From a virus: a DNA stretch of 64,000 nt. The stretch covers positions 1 to 64,000 of IMG/VR virus record IMGVR_UViG_3300025810_000004; one strand, given 5' to 3'. This document shows positions 30,225-39,672 of this stretch, piece after piece. The stretch's first letter is position 1. The number at the start of each line of letters is the position of its first letter. Below the pieces are notes generated by a model. It worked only from the letters and a program-made list of their open reading frames with translations, searched no databases and was not told the origin of the DNA. Made by a program: the position numbers and the translations under genes.

Positions 30225-30607
30225 AGGTAGTCTATCTGCTTAGGAAGCCTCTTTCTGAAGGAACTATAACCGCAAACGTGTTGAAGCATGGGACTGGTGC
30301 CATCAACATTGAAGTTTGTAGGACCCCAACTTCGGACAGCCTCAACGGGGGAGCCTACGCTGAGAACCCCACTCACCGCGCTGGTGAGGACATGTGGACC
30401 AATGGTCGCAAAGAGGACACCAAATGCTTCCGACGTGGAAAGGAATACGCTGGGGAGTACCAGCAGCCCACAGGTCGTTGGCCGTCCAATGTCATCCTTC
30501 AACACCTCGACGGGTGCGAGGATTCGTCCTGCGATACGGGGTGTCCCGTAGAAGCCATGGGGAGTAACTCTCGGTTCTACAGACACATAGGGGGCTCCAA
30601 TGAGTAG
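30221..30607 (+). CDS. Middle segment of the same beta-class DNA methyltransferase family
   Basis: RKPLSEGTITANVLKHGTGAINI..CR, GRWPSNV and SRFY, which normally lie between the DPPY and FxGxG parts. Confidence 0.7.
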   Translation: MKVVYLLRKPLSEGTITANVLKHGTGAINIEVCRTPTSDSLNGGAYAENPTHRAGEDMWTNGRKEDTKCFRRGKEYAGEYQQPTGRWPSNVILQHLDGCEDSSCDTGCPVEAMGSNSRFYRHIGGSNE

Positions 30608-31421
30608 AAGCCTCCCAGACCTTTGGGACAGTTGTTACGAGGGCGAACACAGGAGAATCAAGTCCCCAGAGCAGTTCAAGAACGAATTCTGCAGCGCCTG
30701 CATGAATGTCGGCTGCAGAAACAGCAGGGGTGCAGGGACCAAGTGGAACCAGCGCATAATCTCACAAGAAGACCGCCTGCTGAACAACCCCCAGTTTGCC
30801 CCGGAAGACGCCGCCATAACGCTTGGACTTCCGGACTTCAAGAACATGATCCAAGAAGCCCTGAGGGTGGAAATATCCACCCAGAGGAATGACTGGGAGC
30901 CAGTATCTGACGCAGACGTAGGACGCGCAGCTGCTGAGATGCTGGGGATAGTGCAGCCCTCGGTGGCGAAACCCAAGGGTTTCGAACCAGAAGTTCCCCC
31001 GGAAGAGCCCCCTGAGCCGGAGGAAACGAGAGAGAAGCTGGGGCAGTGGAAGGTTAAGGGTGACTCTGTGGACGAACGGGGAAACCGCAGAACCTATGTG
31101 GTGACCCAGTACCAAGACGGAGAGTGGTCTTGCACCTGCCCGTCGAGGGAAAACCCCTGCAAGCACTCGCGTGGGATACAGAACAGACTCTCCCCCCAGC
31201 CCAAAGAGCCCGACTCGCCAAGGCCCGATCCCGTGGTTCCGAAGCCCGCCCCCCGAAGCTCTTTCCCCACCTCTATGAACACCCCTGCACCAGACGGTGG
31301 GGTTATGATAGGGGGAGGCCCCCCACCTGCTCCGAAGCCGCCAGTGGACCCCTGGGAGCCCACAGCGCCCAAAGTAAAGAAGATAGAGGTCGGCGGGAGA
31401 GTAAAGTTCAAAGGGAAGTAG
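30600..31421 (+). CDS. SWIM zinc-finger protein
   Basis: Y.V......WSCTCP....PCKH; Cys-rich N-terminus and Pro-rich tail. Confidence 0.75.
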   Translation: MSRSLPDLWDSCYEGEHRRIKSPEQFKNEFCSACMNVGCRNSRGAGTKWNQRIISQEDRLLNNPQFAPEDAAITLGLPDFKNMIQEALRVEISTQRNDWEPVSDADVGRAAAEMLGIVQPSVAKPKGFEPEVPPEEPPEPEETREKLGQWKVKGDSVDERGNRRTYVVTQYQDGEWSCTCPSRENPCKHSRGIQNRLSPQPKEPDSPRPDPVVPKPAPRSSFPTSMNTPAPDGGVMIGGGPPPAPKPPVDPWEPTAPKVKKIEVGGRVKFKGK

Positions 31422-31423
31422 AA

Positions 31424-31588
31424 ATGCAACTCGTCCTGGAACAGGAAGAAATCGTAGAATTGGTGCTGGAGGCTCTGAGGAACAGGGGTCTCAAGTTCTC
31501 CGAGAAGTGCGAAGCTCGAATCAGAAAGAACAACAAGAAGAGCACCATAAGGTTGGTTCTCGTACAGAACCAAAAGGGTGAGTCATGA
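31424..31588 (+). CDS. Small hypothetical protein (54 aa)
   Basis: ATG 2 nt after the previous stop; overlaps the next start. Confidence 0.55.
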   Translation: MQLVLEQEEIVELVLEALRNRGLKFSEKCEARIRKNNKKSTIRLVLVQNQKGES

Positions 31589-32553
31589 GCCAACCCACAA
31601 ACAAGTTCATATTTGAGGCCATGAAAACCGTCAGGTCCATGCCGGGTTCGGAACGAATACTGGAAGACTTGAAAGATGGGAAGATAGGGCCGCTGGAAGC
31701 GACCAGAAAGCTCGTGTCCATGGCGGTGAAGGAGGGCAAAGTGCAGAGTTTGGCCACCTCCTACAACAAAGTCAAGAAGTCCGTAGAATCAGAAGATTCG
31801 CGGGTGTGGATGAACCACGCCAACGGAAAGCGAATACTGAACCCACTGATTCGGGCTTCTCTGACCGAAAGGGCGTTTCTGGACGGTGACGTTCCGGAGT
31901 ACAGAGTCGGACCTATACCTGAGGGTGGGAAGCCCGCAGTACCCGTAGCCACCACTTCGCTGAATTCCGTGGTTATAGGAATGCAGGTGGAAGAAGCCTC
32001 AAACGAGGTGGAGAAGCTGATCCAGATAAGCGAGAAGGCCCACTGGAAGATGCTGGAGGAGAAGTCCAACGAGGAGAGGTCCCTGCTCCCAGCAAAAGAG
32101 GTCGCCTCTCCCACGGGGATAGAAGGGTATGAGGCAGGAAAACTGCCAATTCTGCGGAAGACCAAAGACGTGAAGGTGTCGGAACTTGTGGGGCTGGATG
32201 AAGAGGCCAGGTCAGCCTACACGTTCACTGCCTTGGCAACCACCCAAGGCAGAGTATCGGGCTCCCACGCCCTAAAAAAGAACCTTGAGGAACATCTGAG
32301 GAAAAGAGGCTTCGAGGTATCTGAGTCCACCCTTCCAGAGGTCGCGGTTATAGACTGGAGCACCCAGTGCTTTGGGAAGGAATCGGTGGCACCGAATTGG
32401 GATCCAGTGGCCAACGCGTTCTCGAAAATGTGTGCGGAGTTGGAAAAGGTCTGTAAGAAAGAAGTTCCCACCTCTGTGGAAGTTGTCCCAATAAGCGGGA
32501 TTGCAGACAGAGTATTCGGTTGGAAACTCGTAGTGGGAGCCGAGGAATGTTGA
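31585..32553 (+). CDS. Hypothetical protein
   Basis: 322-aa ORF in the operon. Confidence 0.65.
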   Translation: MSQPTNKFIFEAMKTVRSMPGSERILEDLKDGKIGPLEATRKLVSMAVKEGKVQSLATSYNKVKKSVESEDSRVWMNHANGKRILNPLIRASLTERAFLDGDVPEYRVGPIPEGGKPAVPVATTSLNSVVIGMQVEEASNEVEKLIQISEKAHWKMLEEKSNEERSLLPAKEVASPTGIEGYEAGKLPILRKTKDVKVSELVGLDEEARSAYTFTALATTQGRVSGSHALKKNLEEHLRKRGFEVSESTLPEVAVIDWSTQCFGKESVAPNWDPVANAFSKMCAELEKVCKKEVPTSVEVVPISGIADRVFGWKLVVGAEEC

Positions 32554-32858
32554 CCATGACCTATGAAAATATCCGCAACAAGTTTCAGAATTCAGAAACC
32601 GACGTCGTGATTGTCGCACCCGATGCCAAGGTGCAAGAAGTCGCACTTGGTCTTTCCACCCTGTTCGAACCGGGAAGCTATTCTGCCTCCCGCAGGGAGT
32701 GGACGAACCACCGCAACGCCAAGGTGAAGGTGCGGGGTATCTGCAACCCCGAAGACCTCAGCCCGGATACAGAGGTCATCTTCTTCCCTGTGACCCGGCC
32801 CTACACCGACACGGAGCGGAGGTTCATCAAGTCCTGGAGGATCACTCCCACTCGATAG
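32547..32858 (+). CDS. Hypothetical protein
   Basis: Last gene of the run; its 3' end overlaps the convergent guaA. Confidence 0.5.
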   Translation: MLTMTYENIRNKFQNSETDVVIVAPDAKVQEVALGLSTLFEPGSYSASRREWTNHRNAKVKVRGICNPEDLSPDTEVIFFPVTRPYTDTERRFIKSWRITPTR

Positions 32859-34356
32859 TGCCGGGGGGCTTGGTGCTTATATCGTAGGTCACCCTGTTTA
32901 TGCCCCGCACTTCGTTGATGATGCGGGTAGAAATCCGGGTGAGCACCGACCAAGGTATCTCCGCCACGTCAGCCGTCATGCCATCAGTTGAGTGGACCGC
33001 ACGTATGACGCACGTCTTCTCATACGTCCGCTGGTCCCCCATCACCCCCACGCTCTTCACTGGAAGCAAGACTGCGAGGCTCTGCCACAGACGTTCGTAC
33101 CAACCGGACTGTCTGATTTCGTAGTCCAATATAGCTTCGGCTTCCTGCAGAACGGCGACAGCCTCAGCCGTCACCTCACCGGGGATGCGGATAGACAGTC
33201 CGGGACCTGGGAAGGGATGCCTGTTCACACGCTTGTCGCTCAGGCCCAGTTCCTTGCCCAGCAGTCTGACCTCGTCCTTGAAAAGCTCCCTGAGGGGCTC
33301 TATGAGTTCGAATTCAAGGTCTTCCGGCAAACCCCCCACATTGTGGTGGGACTTGATGGTAGCGGAGGGACCACGGAAGGAAACCGACTCGATAACGTCC
33401 GGATAGAGAGTTCCCTGTGCAAGGAACTTCGCGCCCTGAACAGACCTGGCATAATCGCTGAAGACGTCCACGAACGTCTTCCCCACCGCTTTGCGCTTCT
33501 GCTCGGGGTCGGTGAGACCCGACAAAGCAGAATAGAACTTGTCCTTGGCGTCGACCACAGTGAGGTTGAGTTCAGAGAATTCTCGCTCGACCTCCTCCCT
33601 CTCGCCCTTCCTCAGGAGCCCGTTGTCGACAAACACACAGTGCAACCTGTCGCCTATGACCCCGTGGAGGAGAGAAGCGACAACAGAAGAGTCAACCCCG
33701 CCAGACAGACCGCATATGACCTTGTCTTCAGGGGAAACCTGAGACTCTATCTGGGCATGGGCTATGTCTATGTATGATCCCACGCTCCAGTCTTGTGCTA
33801 TGTCGCACTGGTCGACCCACTCTCTTATCAAGGTCGCACCATCTTGGGAGTGGGACACTTCCGGGTGAAATTGGAACCCGGTGAAACCAAGCTCTTCACT
33901 GCGTATCCCGGCGAACTGGCAGTCCACGGTGCTGTAGACGGTTTCCCAGTCTCCCATAGGGAGAGACATAACCTTGTCCCCGTGGGACATCCAGACTTTG
34001 GACCTGACACGGGGGTTCCCACCGGGTTCGCTGATGTAGGCGGGTCCATACTCTCTGGATTTGGTGGATACTACCTCACCACCCAGGTGGTGGACAACCA
34101 CTTGCATCCCATAACATATACCAAGGACCGGAACCCCCATTTCCAACCATTCGCGGTCAAATGGGGGAGCGCCCTCCTCGTACACGGAGGAGGGCCCACC
34201 GGATAACACCACCCCCCTGACGTTCCAGGGGTCGGTTATGCCGAAGGGGTGGTCGGTGCAGGGTCGGATAGAGCAGAAAACACCCAATTCCCGAATCCTA
34301 CGGGCTATGAGTTGGGTGTACTGACTGCCGAAATCTACTATTACGATCCGCTTCAT
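32842..34356 (-). CDS. guaA: GMP synthase (glutamine-hydrolysing)
   Basis: DFGSQYTQLIARR, GICYGMQ, QFHPEV, LSGGVDSSV, IKSHHNVGG, KPPGTIEWE. Confidence 0.97.
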   Translation of the reverse strand: MKRIVIVDFGSQYTQLIARRIRELGVFCSIRPCTDHPFGITDPWNVRGVVLSGGPSSVYEEGAPPFDREWLEMGVPVLGICYGMQVVVHHLGGEVVSTKSREYGPAYISEPGGNPRVRSKVWMSHGDKVMSLPMGDWETVYSTVDCQFAGIRSEELGFTGFQFHPEVSHSQDGATLIREWVDQCDIAQDWSVGSYIDIAHAQIESQVSPEDKVICGLSGGVDSSVVASLLHGVIGDRLHCVFVDNGLLRKGEREEVEREFSELNLTVVDAKDKFYSALSGLTDPEQKRKAVGKTFVDVFSDYARSVQGAKFLAQGTLYPDVIESVSFRGPSATIKSHHNVGGLPEDLEFELIEPLRELFKDEVRLLGKELGLSDKRVNRHPFPGPGLSIRIPGEVTAEAVAVLQEAEAILDYEIRQSGWYERLWQSLAVLLPVKSVGVMGDQRTYEKTCVIRAVHSTDGMTADVAEIPWSVLTRISTRIINEVRGINRVTYDISTKPPGTIEWE

Positions 34357-34380
34357 GGCGTTGTCCTCCTGGTGTAGAGG

Positions 34381-34389
34381 ACAGTACCC
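34381..34389 (-). promoter_or_regulatory. Motif B (GGGTAnnnT) upstream of guaA
   Basis: GGGTACTGT followed by an AGGAGG RBS; the motif recurs before five other genes. Confidence 0.45.
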
Positions 34390-34409
34390 GCCGAGATACT
34401 TTTAGCTAA

Positions 34410-36344
34410 TTAGCTGTTATTCTTCAGAAGCCTAAGACGCTCTCGGTTGTCAAGCTCCATGAAGTGCTCAAGGGCGGGGTCGTCAGACTCGAACCCCGCA
34501 TCTTCAGCGGCCCTCCAGATGGCACCATCATCCTGGGCCAGGTACTTCAGACCCTTAATTCCGGGCTCGGGGCCGTCCCCGTCGTAGGAGTATCCGACAA
34601 TCTCGCCCGCCAGGATGTCCAGGTCTCTGCGGTCGAACGACAGGAAAATCCTGGAAGCGGACTTTCCTCGTGCGTGCTGAATGTTCTCTGCGCGTACAAC
34701 AGATTCCACCCCGCCGTTGCTCCACCGCACGGTCGGGTGACCCTTGAAGAAACCAGTCTCCGCAACGTCAACCACCTTGCCGTCAATAGGAGCACCAACC
34801 TGCATTCCCGTGTTCCGCAGGAACTTTCCAGTGTGTCGAACGATGTCCCCCACCTTGAAGTCTCCAGCCTTACCCCCAACCTTACCCAGTTGACTCACTA
34901 TGGACTTCTTCATGGCCTTTCTGATCGTATCCTGAATGCGGGTCAGGTCCTTGGTGGTAGGGTTGCCGCTTATTGCTCCCCCGATCATAGTTCCATACTT
35001 AAAGAGTACGGATTCAATGGCTCTGTCTATAGCCCTGTCTTCCCTCATATCGCTGCCGCTGCCGCGCTTCTTCCACCTCCGGGTGGACTGCTCCTCGCGG
35101 AAGTCCTGCAACACCTGAGTTCGGAGGCTCTTGACGCGTTCCTTGATGTCTTCCTCTCTGGTATGCTTGTAGAGAAGGTCTATCTTTGCCTTCTCCTCTT
35201 CGTCCTTCAGCTCTTGCTGGACACTTGCAAACACCTCGTCGAAAGACTGAATCAGAGCCTTCTTGGCCCCCTTCCAAGCCTTGGCCACGCGGGGAGCAGA
35301 GGGGACGTTGCCGCTTTCTCCCACGATGCCGTTCTCTTCCATATACTCGCGCACGTTTTTGACCCTGAGGCCAACGTCAGCACTGGACCCACCCCTGAAG
35401 ATGAAGGGGTCCCTTCCCTCTTCCTTCATCTTCATGGCAACCTCCACAACCTTCAGCTGGAAGGAATTGTTGCGGAGGTTCCAAAGCCAGTTGGGAACGG
35501 TCCGGTTGAACCACCCATCGAACTCAAGGAGATCTTCTGGTTCGAGGGGATCGGCGTCCTCAAAGATCTCGGCTATAACCTCAGGCCCAAGGAACTGAGC
35601 CTTGTAACCCTGGTCTATAGACTTCACCCACTTCCTGGCTATATTCTGGGCGGATTTACCGAGCTGTGAAACCAGCTTCTTGAGACCGGGCCGAGCCGGA
35701 GCGAGCTTCGTTATGATGCTCTCACCAACGGGGTAGAGAGGAGGACGGTCCTTGAACTTCTTCTGGGTGTTGTCCCAGATGTCTCCGGGAAGGGGAAGGC
35801 CACCCATGACCATGACGGCAGCTATGTCGTCAGGGGAAGCACCGCGTATGCCGGGAACGTGGTCGGCGTAGTGGGGCTTCCAGGAGTTGGCAAGCCCAGC
35901 AGACGCGCCGCCGTACAGGGCGTTGTACAATCCGGTTTCGTTCGGCATGAAGAAGGTGCCGATGAAGTCAAGGGCGTTGCCCTTCCGCATCTTGGACCAG
36001 AGTTCGGGGGCAGGATAACCCAACTCAGCCTCAGCGGCAGTTATGGCCTTCTTGTCCACCTTCTTGGGGTCGCCCCCCGCCAGTCGCATGACCACCTGGT
36101 TGAACTCCTTGGTCCTGTTTGCCTCGTCGGAGAGGGAGGCACCACTCAGGAACTGCCGCCTGAAGGACAGGGGGTTTTCGCCGAGTATGGCAGCAAGGTA
36201 ATCGCTTCTCATGAGGCGGTCCATGCTGGCAGCAGTTGCCTTCTTCAGGATAGAGGCCACCAACACTCTGGCGTTCTTCCTCAGGGAGACGTCGAGGAAT
36301 GGGGTGTTTGCGATTCTAACCAAAGGCGACAGGGTTGCGTACAT
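34410..36344 (-). CDS. Multi-domain hypothetical protein, probably virion-associated
   Basis: 644 aa; N-terminal LVRIA...KKA motif; SH3-like block FKVGDIVR...V.W; motif A at 36382-36398. Confidence 0.55.
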   Translation of the reverse strand: MYATLSPLVRIANTPFLDVSLRKNARVLVASILKKATAASMDRLMRSDYLAAILGENPLSFRRQFLSGASLSDEANRTKEFNQVVMRLAGGDPKKVDKKAITAAEAELGYPAPELWSKMRKGNALDFIGTFFMPNETGLYNALYGGASAGLANSWKPHYADHVPGIRGASPDDIAAVMVMGGLPLPGDIWDNTQKKFKDRPPLYPVGESIITKLAPARPGLKKLVSQLGKSAQNIARKWVKSIDQGYKAQFLGPEVIAEIFEDADPLEPEDLLEFDGWFNRTVPNWLWNLRNNSFQLKVVEVAMKMKEEGRDPFIFRGGSSADVGLRVKNVREYMEENGIVGESGNVPSAPRVAKAWKGAKKALIQSFDEVFASVQQELKDEEEKAKIDLLYKHTREEDIKERVKSLRTQVLQDFREEQSTRRWKKRGSGSDMREDRAIDRAIESVLFKYGTMIGGAISGNPTTKDLTRIQDTIRKAMKKSIVSQLGKVGGKAGDFKVGDIVRHTGKFLRNTGMQVGAPIDGKVVDVAETGFFKGHPTVRWSNGGVESVVRAENIQHARGKSASRIFLSFDRRDLDILAGEIVGYSYDGDGPEPGIKGLKYLAQDDGAIWRAAEDAGFESDDPALEHFMELDNRERLRLLKNNS

Positions 36345-36424
36345 GTTGGATCCTCATAGCCGATTCTTATTACGATGAAGTATATAAAAGAATGACCGAA
36401 TTGAGTTTGATGCCCCTCTGGGGG

Positions 36425-36453
36425 TTGACAGGGGTATGGGAACGTGTTAGAGT
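36425..36453 (+). promoter_or_regulatory. Sigma70-type promoter with extended -10
   Basis: TTGACA-N17-TAGAGT with TGn directly before the -10 box. Confidence 0.7.
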
Positions 36454-36518
36454 TATTTCAGCTACCCGACCCAAAAACCTGTCTCCGTAGCTGCAACCCA
36501 AAATCCCCAGATTCCCGC

Positions 36519-37667
36519 ATGGGAACAAGGCTTGAAGTGAAAAAGTACACCCGGCTGATATCTGTCATAGAGTTCGTATTCTCCGCAAACCCCTCGGTCG
36601 AGGCCCAGTCCGCCCTTCTCTTGCGAGAGGCACTGAAGCAGCTTCCCGAATCCCACAACGTGCGCCGTCCGTCCTTCCGCCGTGACGTGGTCATGGCCCA
36701 CGGATACAAGAGCCAGACTGATCTCGCAAAGGACATCTTCGCGTTCTGGCAGGGCGACAACACGAGTCTGGTCGAGAAGATGCCCCAGAAGCATCGGGCC
36801 AGAGTCGAACACCTCCGGTCGAAGATGCGGAAGCCCAAGGTCAGGAGCTTCCGCGACTGGTTCAACTCCCAGAACCAGACGAAGCTCCTCAACAACATGG
36901 CGAGTGCACTGCAGCGCAGGTACCCCATGGAAGAATTCGACGACTGCCTCAGCATGGTGGGTATGTGCGTGAGTCGGTGGCTTGAAGAGGGCAACCTTGA
37001 CGAGAAGATCGAAGAGCGCGGCGACATGTCCGTGACCCTCCTGAACAGCTGGGTGCGTCGCCGCCACCTCAACACCGTCAACGGCAGGGGGAAAGAGCCT
37101 CTGTTCCGGATGCGGGGAGCCCGTACCAAGGAAGAGAAGACCTCCATCTGGCGGGATGGTAACGAATCCGGAATGCACCCGGATTCGGTTCAAGCCTCCG
37201 AGTGGGAAACCGCCATCGCCGGGTGTGAAGACGACGCCATCTTCGAATTCGAAGTCGTGAGCAACAACGACTCCCCAGAGCAGGAAGTCTCCTTCACCTC
37301 CGAGCTTCGCATCCTCAAGAACGCGAACGCGGAAGCGGTCGAAGCGGCTTGGCCGGATGCCTCCGACCGATATCTCTCCGTCCTCAACACCCTGGAAGAC
37401 GGTGGGGATAGGGTGGACATCGCCAGTTCGGAAAGATGCTCGGTGGCTCGTGCGGGCCACCTCGCCTGCAGGGTTCGGGGTGTTCTGCGGAAGACCAGTG
37501 AACTGGCCCCCTCCGTCATCGAAGCGATCCGTCAGGAGCCGTGGATCACCACGGAAGAACTGGCCGAAGACCTCGAACTGGAAGAGAAGCAGGTGCGCCA
37601 CACGGTGGCATACCTTCGGAGCCTCAAGCAGGTCGTGAGTCAGGGAGACAGCCACCGGGTGCGGTGA
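36519..37667 (+). CDS. Sigma-factor-like/HTH transcription protein
   Basis: Region-2-like helix (EFDDCLS...W), region-4-like DIAS..RCS.AR and a C-terminal wHTH (ITTEELAEDL....V......L); start chosen downstream of the promoter. Confidence 0.45.
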   Translation: MGTRLEVKKYTRLISVIEFVFSANPSVEAQSALLLREALKQLPESHNVRRPSFRRDVVMAHGYKSQTDLAKDIFAFWQGDNTSLVEKMPQKHRARVEHLRSKMRKPKVRSFRDWFNSQNQTKLLNNMASALQRRYPMEEFDDCLSMVGMCVSRWLEEGNLDEKIEERGDMSVTLLNSWVRRRHLNTVNGRGKEPLFRMRGARTKEEKTSIWRDGNESGMHPDSVQASEWETAIAGCEDDAIFEFEVVSNNDSPEQEVSFTSELRILKNANAEAVEAAWPDASDRYLSVLNTLEDGGDRVDIASSERCSVARAGHLACRVRGVLRKTSELAPSVIEAIRQEPWITTEELAEDLELEEKQVRHTVAYLRSLKQVVSQGDSHRVR

Positions 37668-37707
37668 GAAGACTATGGGCAGGGTGGTGGAGCAAGGAGA
37701 CTCCCCC

Positions 37708-38091
37708 ATGAGAATCGCAATCCCCGCCATAGCACTGTTCCTCGTAGGATGCCCAGGACCGAAGCCTCCCCCCACACCCACGGTGTGTGAGGCCAGCGCA
37801 GACTGGATAGATTCCCCCTCCCAGCCGGGTGAGGTCCCGGAGACGGAGACCTTCTGCGGTTTCTATCAGTTCAGCTGGCAGTGGTTCCTTGCTCAGGTTT
37901 CGCCCGACCCGGCAAACGGGTTGCCACGGTTCCTCGAAAACCGGGTGTATCAGCCCTCAGGTGGAACGGGCCAGTGCAATTCCCAGCCTTATACCGGGAT
38001 TCTTGGGGTGCAGAGTGCACTTGCGCCACGCACAATCAAGTCGCAGGACTTCGAAGAAGTGCAGGCCGACACGAATGCACTGTACGACCAG
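37708..38091 (+). pseudogene. 5' fragment of a cytochrome-c-type lipoprotein gene
   Basis: AAGGAG RBS, lipobox LVGC, FC.FYQFSWQWFL; family-like sequence breaks after ALYDQ. Confidence 0.65.
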
Positions 38092-38199
38092 AGAGTTGGA
38101 AGCTGTTCGCTGAAACCTGGGTGAACTTGGGCAACATCGGGCGAACCTGCCTCGGTAGATAGCCTATAAGACGCCGTAGAGTAGTAGGAGTACCGGCGC

Positions 38200-38349
38200 A
38201 TGGCCCGACGAGAAGAAATCCGACTCACGGTTGATCCTGATATGCTCGTCTGGCTGAGGGCTGAAGCCAAACGCCGTCGGGTCTCTATGTCCCACATCGT
38301 GCGGGACCTTATCCTTCAGGCCATGCCCGAAGAGGCCAAGACCCAGTGA
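38200..38349 (+). CDS. Ribbon-helix-helix protein (49 aa), absent from the ORF track
   Basis: MARREEIRLTVDPDMLVWLRAEAKRRRVSMSHIVRDLI; AGGAG RBS; GTGA overlap with tnpB. Confidence 0.75.
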   Translation: MARREEIRLTVDPDMLVWLRAEAKRRRVSMSHIVRDLILQAMPEEAKTQ

Positions 38350-39638
38350 GGCTGGCCTACCGAGTGGAGATCAGGCCGACGCCTCGCCAGAGGCAGGCCC
38401 TCCTGCAACATGCAGGCAACGCTCGGTGGGCTTACAACTGGGGCCTCTCCCGCCACAAAGAAACCTACGACCAGTGGGTTGAAATCGGCAAGCCAAAGAA
38501 GTGGAAAGGCTGGCTCAACGCCGTCTCCCTTCACCGGGAGTTGAATCTTCTGAAGAAGGCTGCCCCAGAGGACGGCGGGGTCCCCTGGATGTACGAGGCC
38601 AGTAAAGCCGCTCCACAAGAGAGTCTGAGAGACCTTGACCGTGCGTTCAAGAACTTCCTCTCAGGGAGGGCCAAGTACCCCCGGTTCAAGTCCCGGAGCC
38701 GTGGGGTCGGCGGGTTCCGCCTGACCGGCACCATCAAGGTCGATCACCGGACGGTCCAACTCCCGAGGATCGGAAGGCTCCGGTTTCAGCCCGGCGAACA
38801 GGGCTACCTGCCCTGGGGTAAGCACACCCAGGTCTCCGTCTCTGAGAAGGCTGGCAGGTGGTTCGTCTCGATCGTTGGACCAGAGGTCTCGGAAGCAGAG
38901 CCGAACGGGAAAGATGCTGTAGGTCTGGATCTCGGCGTGACCCGGTTGGCTACGCTGTCGGACGGGACGGTCATCGAGAACCCTCGCGCTTTGAAGTCAG
39001 CCCAGCGGAAGATCAAGCGACTCCAGCAGGAGGTATCCAGAAAGAAGAAAGGCTCAGCGAACCGAGGCAAGGCCAGGGCGAAGCTCGCCCGTGCCCACGT
39101 CCGGGTCGCTAATGTAAGACGTGACACGCTTCACAAGGCCACGACCATGCTTGCCAAGAGCCACGGCAAGGTGATCATCGAGGACTTGAAGGTGCGGAAC
39201 ATGACTCGCTCGGGAGGCTCGCAGAAGCGGGGCCTCAACCGGGCCCTGCTCGATGCCGCCTTCGGGGAGTTCTGTCGCCTGTTGAAGTACAAGGGGAAGC
39301 TGTACGGCTGTGAAGTCGTGGCTGTCCCGCCGCAGTACACCTCGCAGCGATGTTCCGTTTGCGGTCACGTCGAGAAGGACAACCGGGTTTCTCAGTCGAG
39401 GTTCCTGTGTCTGTCCTGCGGCTTTGCGGTCAATGCTGATCTCAACGCCGCGATCAACATCTTGGAGGCCGCCAGTTCTACGGACTCCCTAAACGCCTGT
39501 GGAGAGGGCGTAAGACCTACTTCGACTTGTTCGGAGAGGCAGACCTCGTTGAAGCAGGAACCCGGCACCAACCTTCGGGTTGGGTCAGTCCGGGGGCCGT
39601 CCTCGCAAGAGGCGGCAGCCATGCCTGGGTTTACCTAA
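38346..39638 (+). CDS. tnpB: RNA-guided endonuclease TnpB
   Basis: N-terminal HTH (AGNARWAYNWGL), RuvC GLDLG / IEDL / ADLNAA all intact, Zn finger CSVC-CLSC. Confidence 0.95.
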   Translation: MRLAYRVEIRPTPRQRQALLQHAGNARWAYNWGLSRHKETYDQWVEIGKPKKWKGWLNAVSLHRELNLLKKAAPEDGGVPWMYEASKAAPQESLRDLDRAFKNFLSGRAKYPRFKSRSRGVGGFRLTGTIKVDHRTVQLPRIGRLRFQPGEQGYLPWGKHTQVSVSEKAGRWFVSIVGPEVSEAEPNGKDAVGLDLGVTRLATLSDGTVIENPRALKSAQRKIKRLQQEVSRKKKGSANRGKARAKLARAHVRVANVRRDTLHKATTMLAKSHGKVIIEDLKVRNMTRSGGSQKRGLNRALLDAAFGEFCRLLKYKGKLYGCEVVAVPPQYTSQRCSVCGHVEKDNRVSQSRFLCLSCGFAVNADLNAAINILEAASSTDSLNACGEGVRPTSTCSERQTSLKQEPGTNLRVGSVRGPSSQEAAAMPGFT

Positions 39639-39672
39639 GTTTGGCTGAACGGCGTTTCTCTTGTGCTCCCAA
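39469..39672 (+). ncRNA. Putative TnpB omega/reRNA overlapping the 3' end of tnpB, guide taken from the right flank
   Basis: gcctgtggagag...gtaagacc...tcgttgaagcaggaa blocks and a ccaacc-ttcg-ggttgg hairpin; boundaries inferred. Confidence 0.55.

Larger units (their letters stand above)
38092..39652 (+). mobile_element. Non-autonomous IS607-like element carrying RHH + TnpB (left end approximate)
   Basis: TnpB without TnpA; right end ...taagtttggctgaacGG; short imperfect direct repeats (aacctgggt, aacttgggc, aacatcggg) near the left end; interrupts a gene. Confidence 0.7.

Noticed and set aside
38092-39652. IStron (group I intron-TnpB) or Cas12/CRISPR interpretation
   Set aside because: Only about 100 nt precede the RHH gene, too short for a group I core; no repeat-spacer array is present; the flanks do not rejoin in frame.
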